From the NCBI RefSeq assembly GCF_036321535.1, contig NC_087437.1:13146001-13210000 (forward strand): 64,000 bases of DNA, given 5' to 3'. Made by a program: the position numbers and the translations under genes. This document shows positions 52,926-64,000 of the stretch, piece after piece; the stretch's first letter is position 1, and every line of letters begins with the position of its first letter. Under the pieces are notes generated by a model, which was not told the DNA's origin, searched no databases, and was given only the letters and a program-made list of their open reading frames with translations. Source of the stretch: Camelus dromedarius (taxonomy: Eukaryota).

Positions 52926-54599
52926 AGCAAGGAAAAAAGAAATGAAGCAAGGAAGTGTCACATCTATAATTATTAAATCTGGTGGTTGTGATTATGGGGT
53001 TCATTACAATATTATTTATTTTTATATTTAACTGAAATTTTTCTTAATAAAGAGGTTTTACAATTTTTTTTAAAAAAAAGTTAGAAAGCATCCATGTTTC
53101 TTCATTCTCTACTTTCATTATCATGAAGTTGATGGAAGTGAGCCGATAATGCTGTATTATTAGCTATGTTCCATAACTGGTCAGAAATTTCACATTTTAT
53201 GAACACAATTTGCTGTACCTTTCCCAGTAGCATGAATTATTAGGTATTCAGTATTCATGGCCTATATGCTCAGGAAAATTATATTTGGCATGCCTGGAAA
53301 AATCAGACTAAAATCTTGCAGTAGGTTAGAATAGAGTGAGACTGAGTGAGGGTATTAAAATATGTACCACATCAATTTCCTGAAAAGAATCATAAGACCC
53401 CAAATCTCATCAAGTTGTTCTAACTATAGTGCCTAAACAATTTTAGGTTTTTAAACATCAGGGAAAATTTAGGAACTGCTAATGTTGGACAGAAAAAAAA
53501 ATGCATATATCTATTTAGGTACTCATCATGAGCAACATAATTTGATTTATTCCAGGAAATTTCAGGCTAATGGCATATGAAAGATAACAAAGAGAATTTG
53601 GGCACATTTGCTGAATCTAGAATGTTAAGAAATTCAACTTTATTAGATTAGGAATTTTTCATGGTATCACTTTAAAATATTTTTATATGGATTTTTATAT
53701 GCCCGGGGAATATAGTTATATAGTTTATATGCAGAAACTTTGGGTATCTTTTTTTTAATCCTCTCATATTAATCAAGTACTTTTTAATATAATTTCTGCT
53801 CATGTCTTGTTATGTTTTATTCCTAGGACAGTTGGATAGCTGATTGGACAGATATGTTAGATCTCTCATGATGATTCTCTACATGGGAACTTTTCTCTTT
53901 TTTTTGTATTTTCAAGTTTCTTTTTAAAGTATACTATATTCACACATTTTACTCACAGTAAGTTAACATGCATACAATGTAGATTTGTAAAAAAATATTG
54001 AGATAATTAATCTGATCATTCGCAAAAGTCAAGACATTCACCTATCATGGAAAAATAATAACTTTTAATCTTTTAAATTAAAAACTTGGTCTATTCTGCT
54101 ATTTAAATGGTCATTTTAAATGACACTCTTAATTTTCAGATCTGTCTATCCTGGCTTCTTTCTAAGTGACATGTGGGCCTATTGCTGTGGGGGAAGCAAA
54201 GGTTCTGTGTCCCCGTAAAGAAAACAGCCAGGTCCTCACGTGTTCCTCCAGGGCTTTATGGTTCTTGAAGGTGACTTTTTTGTTATATCTGCTTGTTCTT
54301 CTTTCTGGGGCGTCCTCTACTGAAGTCAACCACCGGAACTTATAACCCGTCTCCCAGCTTGGTGAGGAAAGTTGATAACTCTCTCCTGGTGACTAGGCCA
54401 ACCTTGGGCTCACATTTGCTCCAAGACAGTGTCATATTCACCCCTAGAATCTTAATTCATCTGACCCTTCACTGTGTTAAGTCCCAAAGCAGGGATGGTG
54501 ACTCTCTGCTTGGCTGCCTTCTGATCCTCCTTAAGGGCCTGAAGGGAGTTCTATATCCTACTGATGTCGCCTAGAAATAAGGAAAGCTATACATCAGAG

Positions 54600-55672
54600 A
54601 TTTTGCCTGACCAGTTTAGTCTGATGGTTGTAGAGATGGGGGATATTGTTATTGAAGTAGGTTTCCTGATTTCAGTGGGAATAATAGAATTCTGAGAATG
54701 GAGAAAGAGGCAAATTGCTGGCAAAGTGCCTAGAAGAGATGGTTCCATTAATAGTGGTGAAGCTGTGTTAATAACCAGAATGGACTGACCCTCAGAGAAT
54801 TTTGGAAGTGTGTAAAAGCTTGAGGAGTCCCCAAGACCAAAATTAGATGTTAGTCTGTTAAAGTCTCTCTTGGTCTGGATAACTAGGGGGAAAGTCTGAA
54901 CAAAGAGATGATTTGCATCACCATACTCAGACCTCCTTTGTTAAGTGGCAACTAGGTCCCCTTTAAGAAGGACCGTGTTATATAACATCTCAGGCTTGGA
55001 ATGTGATTCTCCAAGACATCCCAAAGGACACCTGAGATCATTTACTGATATCATTCTGACTTGGGGCAAAAAAAAAGAAAAAAAAATTTAGATTTTGGGA
55101 ACAATACTGAATATTCATTTTTAATTAATGCACTTTGTTGTTGTTAGTTAGATTCTCAGTACTTCGGCTGTGGCCCACTGGTCATTGGGAGACTCATGAA
55201 AATTAGGTAATAAATGGAGTTTTGTCTCAAGTCTACTCATGGTAGGCTCAGAAGGTCAATGAACCAACCCTGTAAATATTTTCCAAGCTTCTGGTTGTAT
55301 AGTTGGCAGAATCCCCACACTGGCTCTCTGATTTATGAAGTTAGGACTTTTATAGTAGGTAGGGTCAAGTGGAAGCCTCTGGAGTGTTCCTTCCCCATAA
55401 AGATCATATCTCAAAGTGATACAGCACCCTTGAGTGAGACACAAAGATGAATACAACTTTTAAGTACTGGAGGATTTAAAGGCACAGGGCATACTCTCTA
55501 GCACATCCTCATTTAAAGCCCATGCGTAGCCTCAGTTGAAAGTAGGTAGATTTTTAAGAATGACAGCCTATTAAGAACTTAACAGTGACTTTAACAATAG
55601 CAGTTGTTCCAGATGTTGTTGTTTTTCTTTTTTAAGTCCTGGAGGAAATTAACACATACCCTGGCATCTGTG
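54600..55672 (+). mobile_element. ERV-L internal remnant (gag end/pro/start of pol), decayed
   Basis: ORF 55214-55450 contains SWQNPHTGSLIYEVRTFIVGRVKWKPLE, close to the ERV-L pol motif as I recall it (SWQNPHIGSL...GKAKWKPLE). Downstream broken motifs resemble TSPFNSP, RMTVDYRKLN, VPDV and LEQINT. Confidence 0.8.
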
Positions 55673-55684
55673 CTTTAGCCTAAT

Positions 55685-55745
55685 GTTCTACTGATTTGTA
55701 TTCCAGTTAACTAATTCTCTCTTCTGCTACGTCAAGCCTGCAGTA

Positions 55746-55776
<31 letters not shown>

Positions 55777-56720
55777 CACCCAAAAAACTATTGAGTTCTT
55801 AATTTTAGTTGCTGTATTTTAATTTTGAGAATTCCCATTTAATTAGTTTTAAAGTAAATTTTAGTTGGCCCATAAAATCCTTCAGAATGCATTAAGTACA
55901 TCTATTTTTAAAAATATGACTAATTACTGATAACTGAGTCACTTGTTGTGCATTCTATTGCCTACTTTTTATCCTCTTGGTCCTGTTTCTTGATATGCCT
56001 CACAAATTTTTTTATTCAAGTCTGAACTTTGTGCATGAAAAATTGTGGATGCTGTGGGTGTTGTTGGGGTAGCTCAGCTTAATCCAACCCAGAACTGAAC
56101 GGACTTAAACTAGGTCTTAGGAAAGCTCAGTCTATGTCTGATTTCCCTTTGCTTTTGGAGTGTAACCCTCTAGGGTTTTCGACTGAGAGTCTAGTATTGC
56201 CTCCTTGGGAGGCAAGTCCCAAATTCCAGTTTTAATCTGGTCAGCACCGTGAGACTTTCAGGAACTTCTCTCTGCACGACCTGGGCTTTCTGCGTGGGTT
56301 TTTAACCCCTTGGCATGGACGACTTGAGAATTAAGTAAATGTCTTTGGAGGAAAACTTTAAGTTTCACATCTCTGTATTATCCTTCTCTGGGATCTTGGT
56401 CCTTCCAGTTTTGACTGCCTTGCCATCCTTGAATTCTAATTTATTCCCCCTCAGCCCTGTGAGATTTCCAAAGCCTTGCCGACTCTTCTGCCTCTTCACA
56501 GACTTTATTTGCTTGTATTCCCAGGCTTTTGCTTCTGCTCCATGCATCAGCATGTGCCCCCAAAGGAAAGGTGACTTGCAGAATATCAGCTCACCTCTTG
56601 GACTTTCCTTCTCTACAGCTTCCTCTTTAAAGTCTGGCTGCCTGTGAAGCTCTACAATAACTTCATAAAAGGTACTTTATGTTGTCTCATTTCTCTAATC
56701 CTTGATGGAATCATTGTTTC
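55685..56720 (-). mobile_element. Old L1/HAL1 5'-ORF1 region remnant
   Basis: 'actaattctctcttctgct...ctattgagttcttaattttagttgctgtatttt...agaattcccattt' is typical of antisense old ORF1. Confidence 0.55.
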
Positions 56721-59700
56721 CAGATGTTACTTCATTATAAATAGTTGCAGAAGTTCTGATTTAGTCTAGAGTTGATTTATCACCTTTTAAAAACAACCTA
56801 GATGATTTTCAAGTGAAGTCCAAGTTGAAATATACTTTTTGGTTTGTCTTACTATATTACACTGGGCCAATTTTAATGAATTATCTTTTCATTAAAAATT
56901 TTAATTTGTATAATCTTTCTAATTAATAAACATAGTTGAACAAACTTATCCCTTACAATTCTTTTACTTTCCTGTTTAACTGCAGTTATTTTCCTATTAT
57001 CTTATTCTTAACATTTATATTTTACCTTCTTTTACAGCTTAATAGTCATATAGATACATATTTATTTTATTTTATAAATATCAGCTTTGACTCATTTATT
57101 ATCCCTTTTTTCTAATCTATTATTTTCTGATCGTTTAGCTTTGTTAAATCTATTTTTATTCCTTGGTGTATCTACTTGTTTTCCATAATTATTTTAATTG
57201 AACATTAGTTTATTTTATTACTTATTATTAATTAATATAAGCACTTAAGGCTATGGATTTTTCTCTGAACTTGGATGCAATCATATCAGGTCGATACACT
57301 AAGGGAGCAGTTTCAATTGTCATTATTTTTTCTGAAGTTTGAAACTGGTTATTTGGCCCTTAGTAATCTGTCCAGTGGGTTTACATCAAGGCTAACACTG
57401 AATGGTTTTTGAATAATGTCTTGTTTTAATGGAACTTCTGGCATGGAATAGTTTCCATAATTGTGCAAAACAGAAATTAGTCCAATTTTTGATTAGAGAA
57501 GGGATCCAAATAACACTGTCTAGGAAGATTCTGGGTTTTGATTTTAGGTGTCCTTGGAAAAGTTGATGCAGGCCACCATTTAAAAAATAAATTGTCTAAT
57601 ACTGATCTTTTTTCTCTTCAATCATAGCGGTACTGGGAACTGGCCACAACTATCCAGACATTGGCTCCTCGCAGTCCAGGGAAGTGAGCTTCAACGTCCT
57701 CTGTAAATCTCCATAATCTTTGTCTGCAAAGAACTGGTGATAAATGCAGATTTGCGTTGAAAGTCATGTTTATTTCTCACTATTGTTTAGTCCTTGTCCC
57801 TCAGTGACTTATAGATTCCCCAGAGATGAATGTTAATTCAAATATTTTTGCAAAAAGGAACAGATTGAAAGGAAGATGTGAGGTCACAAAGAGATTTTTC
57901 AGTCCTTGAGATTTGCTTTTTTTTTTTTTTCCCCCCCACTAAGTGATTTGCCACCATGGTTCCTCACTTTCCTTTTTCCTCCCAAACCTTTCCATGTGTT
58001 CTTAGATTACCCAAGGTGATTCTGGTTATTTTTAACTATGTTGGTTGCTATGGAGGGCATGACATTAGGATAAAGGAAAGGAAAGAGCAGCTTCCTGAAA
58101 GTAAAACAAAGGCAAAATAGCCTTTCAAATGAATTCTTTTTATCCAAGGGGAAAACAAAAATATTTGCTGCTTTGATGGAATCTAAGGCGCATCCATAAT
58201 TGACATTGGAGTGAAGGGTGTTTTTGGTAGGCTGGAGGTGATTTCACTTTGGGCACTTTTCCACTGAGACAATAATTCTTCACTCACTTTCTAAAGCATG
58301 TTTTGTCAGACCTGTGGTCAATAAGGAGTTAGCCAGAGAATAGAGTCCTTGGAAAAACAAATCTTTTTTAAGCTATTTGCACATTTAGATAGCCTAGCTG
58401 TCATTACACTCACTCCTGAGGAAATCAAATAAGACAGGCACTCAATTTATCCTTTAATTTACTCATCAAGACACTCAGGGAGAGACTAAAGGGGATCTCT
58501 GGGTCTGCAGAGGACAGAAAATCACAGCGGAAAAGAAGCGAAGTGATTCTACTCAACAAGAAGTCTTCATTTGCTGTTTCAAGATTCTGTAACAAAGATG
58601 AATTCTGTTATGAGTTCAGGATAGATGTTAAGATCCTGTTGACACAGAAGTAATTTCTGGAGGCCCTAAAACACTCAGCCACCAGTTGGACTGCTTGGCT
58701 TCCTTTTAATTTCTTGGTTGGCCAACCCATATTAAACACCACATGTGAAGAAGTTAAGAAGCATACATGATTATGTCAAAAATAGAGGTGATTAAAATAA
58801 GTTATTAGTACATGAGGGGTATTGCCTTTCTACTTCTACAAAATATTAAAAAAATAACAGAGACTCTAGGAAAACCTTCCAATTCTGTCAGACTCTTCAT
58901 TTAACCCTTGGTTTTCCATTTTCTTTTCTGTCCTTTCCACTAAGGAATTTGAGAGATTCCAATGACAGAGTGCTAAGGACAGAGGTGAGATGTTTTAAGG
59001 TGACTGTACACAGTTAAAGAGTACTGATCTAGATTCTTGGAAGGAAGATCTTTTGGTTTGCAAGCAATATAATTTTCTTTTCTCTCTCACTCTCTCTAAT
59101 TATCTGTCCCTCACTCCCCACTGCTCTGATTTACTGGACAATCTCTTTTCCCTGTACGAAATTCCTGAAAGTAGGCAGTAAACTTGCGGAGGTCACGGAC
59201 TGATGGACTGCATTCTTTCCCTAAACTCCTCTCCCCGTTCTTATCCTCTATTCCCTTTCCACACGGCGTTACACAACGCCTAGTGTGAAGTATGAGCAAA
59301 AGTAAGGTAATTAATTTTTCAGATGATCAGACAACGTATCTTTCACATCCAAATGTGTATTTTGACCCACACTCTGACCTTCCATGGTGCTCCGGGTGTT
59401 ACAGCAATGATGTTCCTGCTGAAGTCATTTTGTACCATTCTTCAAAAGAAGCAAAAGTCTTCACTGACACAACATCTGTCTGTAGCACGCCTACAGTGAA
59501 ATTGCACCTTCACTGTAACGTGCAGCGCACGCATCATCTCCGCTGCCGGCAGCCGCCCTGGAAAGTCGTGTCACGCGTTTGCAGTGCACTCAGAACGTGT
59601 TACTCCGCTCAAGGGTTCTATTCTCTCCCGCAGGCCTGTCCTTACACCTCTTCAACACAAAGTGCTCATAACATAATCTACGTGGAGCTTATAGTTAGGA

Positions 59701-60199
59701 GAATATGCACATACCTAAAAGACTATGTTATTACCCTCCATGGCTTTTGCATTACGTGTAATGAAAATCGTGTGTTCCATTTTTTGCCAAGAAGTGTCTT
59801 ACCGAACCAGCACTTCTGACATCTTCCAACTCACTTTGATTTATTCACGTGGACTTGTTTTGAAAGCTAATTCAAATAAAATGGGAACGTATTAAAGTAG
59901 AACTGCTGCTTCGGGGTGAGCGGCAGCTCTTCGTTGCTGTTGCTGCGGCTGAAATGACTGGATGGAAGGCAGGAGAGACTACAGGGACGATTACATCTCT
60001 GCGTTTGGATATCTGCAAATTGGAGTGATTTACCCGGGCACATAACTGCTTTCCCTCACATTTTTAGGAAGAAACGAAGACCAACAGAACAAGAGATCAC
60101 AATTAGGGGCAACAGGAATTTTACTGAATGTTTGGTTGGTTCAATAATCTGCTCTTTGATAAAGCATTATTTAATTGATTGCTAAAGTATTTTCAGACC

Positions 60200-60550
60200 T
60201 GTGTCAGAGCACAGGAGGTTTTCTTTGAGGGGCAACACTTGTGAAAGATAGAGAGGAAACAGAGAGGATGACTCTTAGCCTGTGATGTAGCTTTGACATA
60301 GATTCAGCCAAGTGTCAGCCCAGCAGGGAGCCCACAGCAAAAATCATCCGTAGGAGGAGTCCTGTCTGGGGAGGAAATAGCCAAGCCCTCTGCAGCCACT
60401 ATGATCAGTAATTGGCTACAGGATCTGCAAGAAGAGCCCAGCTCAAGGTCCTGTGGGCACCACACCTGGATCAGCCAGCCTCACTCTACGACTAAATGGT
60501 AAGGTGCTTCTTGAAGGAAATCCGAACAGTGCACCTCCATGGCTGCCGTG
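60200..60550 (-). mobile_element. ERVL-class LTR (LTR16/LTR33-like)
   Basis: 'tcagcccagcagggagc...aggagtcctg...gaaatagcca...tcagtaattggct...tcttgaaggaaatc...gcacctccatggctgcc'. Confidence 0.55.
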
Positions 60551-60988
60551 GTCCCCGGGTATGTTCTTTAGCCTGTGATCCTGCCTCCTCTGGGGCAACA
60601 AGACCTTGCAGCATCACTCACCTTGGGTAGAGATGTCACACAGAAATACAGACAGGAAGAAGCAGTCAAGTCTTAACTTTTGAGTCCCAAAATAATCTTT
60701 TGATGTGCATGGCTGGGACAGTTACTTGAGAGAAAAGTCATTGTGTTTCTCAAAAAGCCTGAGTCATACCCATTGAGAGAGAAAGACAATTTTGTGACCA
60801 GAGAAAGTTGTCGCCCCCTTCAAGATGGGGAGGTAGGAGACTGAGAGTGAAAGAAGAAATAGAAGAAGCTGAAGCACCTGGCTGAATCTTGGTCAGAAGG
60901 CGGACAGGGTGAGATAACAGGGACAGAGGAGGGAGCTGAGCCCCTGATCTAGGATAGCACTGCATGGGCCCTCAAACCTTGGCCAAGG

Positions 60989-61528
60989 TGTTACCCCAAA
61001 AGGGGAAGGAAAAAAGACCCCAGTTCTTGTCTTATCCAAAAGAGAAGAATTGAGACAGGAGATAGAAGTGTTGTGTAGCAAAAGGTTTTAAAGGTTTTAT
61101 CAACAAAGGGAAAATACACCTCCAGGAATGGGAGGTGGGCTGATCCAAGGACGGATAGCAACCATCTTTGATTGCCCCCTTCTCTTATACCCTCACTTAG
61201 AAGTGGTCTCTTGCCCCTGGAGGGCTGAGTCATGCTCACCCCTTTTGCACATGTCCTTACCCATGATGCACACAGAAAAACCCATGGGGTGGGGCACCTA
61301 AACGGCAATGCTATTTATATTACAATAATCATTGGGTCATATCTGGTTAGGTCCTTGTCACTACTGCACAGTTGTAGCTGTCGGGTTCTAACCGGTTTCT
61401 TGCTGGCGCTTGTTTAGAGGAAGTAAAGCTTCTTTATGCTGAGGGTGGGCATAACTCCATCTTTGGGGCCATCCTCCCTGTCCTCCACCTTGTCTGCCCT
61501 GTGCCCTCACTTATCTAACTACCTAACA
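60989..61528 (-). mobile_element. Solo LTR, ERV1 (class I) type
   Basis: 540 bp with TGTTA...TAACA inverted termini and a 4-bp TSD aagg (60985-60988, 61529-61532). Orientation inferred from a minus-strand TATA-like 'gtataag' (~61185) followed by a degenerate polyA-like 'gataaaa' (~61097). Confidence 0.85.
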
Positions 61529-63084
61529 AAGGAATGGAGAAGGGGACCGAAATCCAGCTTACACACTGTTCCCTAAGCCTTCAGACCAAGGGAAAAGAAG
61601 GCTTCTAATTGGCCCACTGGGAGAAGATACATCTTGGCAATTTGTCCATAAAGAAGAGATAATTTTTCTCTAATTTACACAAAGTTCCTTGCATACCTGC
61701 AGGGGCCCTGCCAATGCACTGCTTTCTGGATGAAGGCTGAGAAAATCACAAGGTCTCAGGAGCCTCGCCATCCAAACAAGGAGAGGTGGGGAGACAATGA
61801 GTCCCAGATGAGCTCTTCGTGATCGCGGGCCTGCTGCTTCCTTACCAGGTCTGACAGCGCAGTGCCGGGAAGGCTAGAATTTCTCCCTTCCATGTCCAGG
61901 GCAGTACTAAGGTGGTACTGAGGCCAGAGGACCTGGGGAGGGCTTAAGTGGAAAAAGGAACTTACTCGGAAGAAGTAAGGAACCAAGAGCCAAAGAGCAT
62001 ATGAGAACTAGTGGCCCACAAGCGGGCAAGTAGTGTTGATCCATCATTGCTCCCCTCTGAGTATTATATGAACCCTGGGGAGTTAGCAGTAGCTCTGGGG
62101 AGAAATGGGAAGGGTCTTCCATCGACTAGAAAATCTTTTATGTGAATGCAATTACCTAAATTCATGGAGGTTAAATATCTTCCATCCAGGAGAATAGGGA
62201 CTTGAAGTAGTTGAGTGATAGAAAAATTAAGATATATATACATTTGCATTCACACCTTAGTTTTTGACCTAAAAAATTAGAACCTCTTATACATTAATAA
62301 TAACTGAGATTCCAAGTTGAAGTGAATTGCCCAAGGTCTCTGAAATAAAGCAGGAAAGCAGTGCTCCCACTCACGTTTTTGGACACCAACTGTAGCATTC
62401 TTTGACTTGCAGCATCCCACTGTCTCTCTGCAACCTGTTAGGAATTGCAACTAGCCCTGTGCAGCGTTTGGCACACAGCAGGTGCTAGATTAGTGCATGC
62501 TAGTGAATGTTAATTGACCTATTTGTTGCACCCCTGAAGGTTGAATTAGCTGCACACACAAAGCTGAAAGGTTTTAGTCCTGGGTTTTAATTAGCAAACC
62601 ATGATGAGCCTAAGTGCCTTAGAGAAAGGGAGAGAGGCAGCTAAGATGGATTTTGAATGATCAGAACTACTGATCTGTTTGCATGCATGATGCCAGAACC
62701 TCGCTGCTGAATATTCCAGGAGCATTTTAACAGCCGAAGTGCTGGGCACAGAGCTGGAATCCGGAAACAACAGCCTGAGTGTACATCTCTTTCCTGCGAG
62801 GACACCACCTACCATTGAGCCCAGACAGAAGGCCTCTCAGTTCTGAGGCTATTTTGGCGTAGCGTCTCCCCCACTGCTGTTTACCTCGCAGCCATGAAGT
62901 CTGGGAGCCAGACCAATTCATTTCATATTTCAAATGCAAAGTGTTTAGCATACTTACATTGATTTACAAAGTAAATTCTACTTCAGTTCACACACACACA
63001 CACAAACACAGACCCAGAAAAATGCACATTTGCTGACAGATTTCTTAATTTATGGACTCATCTTAAGAGCTAAAAATGTAGTGC

Positions 63085-63470
63085 TTACAATGAAGCTGTA
63101 CAAAAGCACAAACAACCCAAATGTCAAGGGGGAAATGGATAAAGAAACAGTGGTGCATTCATATGTAGAATGCTCCAACTAGTATAAAAGAATAAACTAC
63201 TTATGCATACAATAGCATGGAAGAATCACAAACAATTACGCTGAGCAAAAGGGACCAAGTGCAAAACACAAAACAAGACATTTACACAAAGTTTTAGAAC
63301 AGGCAAAACAAGTATTTGGTGAAAAATAACAGATAAGTGGTTGCTTCTAGAATAGGGCTGCCTGAGAAAGGGCACGAGGGACAATTCTGGAATGAGATAA
63401 CTGTACACTTAGGATCTTGGAATTTTACCATATCTTAATTATACCACAATGAAAATAAATCAATTAGATG
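63085..63470 (+). mobile_element. Old L1 (L1ME-like) 3' region
   Basis: 'aaatggataaagaaacagtggtgcattcatatgtagaatgct...gcatggaagaatcacaaacaattacgctgagcaaaagg...gaacaggcaaaac'. Confidence 0.75.
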
Positions 63471-63860
63471 AAAAAGCGAAGCTCTAATAAATGATTGGCG
63501 AAATGATCGCAGGTGAAGACGTCAAGAGACAGCTTACAACAGTGATGTCATTGTTTGCATTGTCTCAAGGCCACATCTACTTTCTTCAGCAACCCTGGAC
63601 TCCATTGAAAGAAACGTTGGGTAGTTTTCTTAGTGGACAGATATTGGGTAACATAACTCTTTGGATGATTTGTCACTGGCTCTGTAGAGGACATTTTAAG
63701 CCATTTTTAATATAACAAGCTTATTATAGTGCAACTTACACAACTGAAGATATCAGATTAGAACAGGTGTTTGCCATAAAAATCAACTGAACATTTTTTT
63801 TCCAAATCATCCCCCTTTCTTTTATTTTGCTTTATTTTATTTTATTTTTTTCTAGGGTGA

Positions 63861-64000
63861 CTTTTTTAAAACATTGAATTATAGTTGATTTACGATATTA
63901 TAGGTTTCAGGTGAACAACATAGTGATTCACAATTTTTGAAGGTTATACTCCATTTATAGTTTTTATAAAATATTGGCTATTTCCCTGGGCTGCACAAAT
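63861..64000 (-). mobile_element. L1 3' end (runs off window)
   Basis: 'ttgaattatagttgatttacgatattataggtttcaggtgaacaacatagtgattcaca...atattggctatttccct'. Confidence 0.85.

Noticed and set aside
57621..57682. Possible short exon (pyrimidine tract + catag ... gtgagc)
   Set aside because: No recognisable peptide or partner exons; such signals are common by chance. The same applies to 10214-10287.

Overview
Eutherian nuclear DNA, most likely a camelid (Camelus/Vicugna/Lama). The call rests on four tRNA-derived SINEs of the vic-1 type and several young artiodactyl-type L1 3' ends; I saw no Bov-A/BovB or PRE-1. The window is AT-rich and looks intergenic or deep-intronic. I could not recognise any host protein-coding exon, RNA gene or CRISPR-like array. 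The only recognisable coding remnants are decayed L1 ORF2 and ERV-L pol pieces. Much of the window is a layered transposon record: young L1s with target-site duplications (two with twin-priming 5' inversions), a 540-bp ERV1-type solo LTR, an ERV-L internal remnant, MaLR/ERVL LTRs, MER2/MER5/MER20/hAT fossils, MIR, L2 and CR1. I find no convincing new biological system. The best leads are: (i) a ~970-bp mini-L1 keeping both ends plus one ORF2 piece; (ii) three separate L1 ORF2 pieces that start, and two that end, at almost the same ORF2 positions; (iii) small CpG-rich, palindrome-rich patches near 24.0-24.3 kb, 33.9 kb and 59.2-59.9 kb; (iv) a motif-dense candidate enhancer at about 46 kb. Repeat family names come from recalled consensus sequences, not a database search. 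Boundaries of old repeats are approximate.
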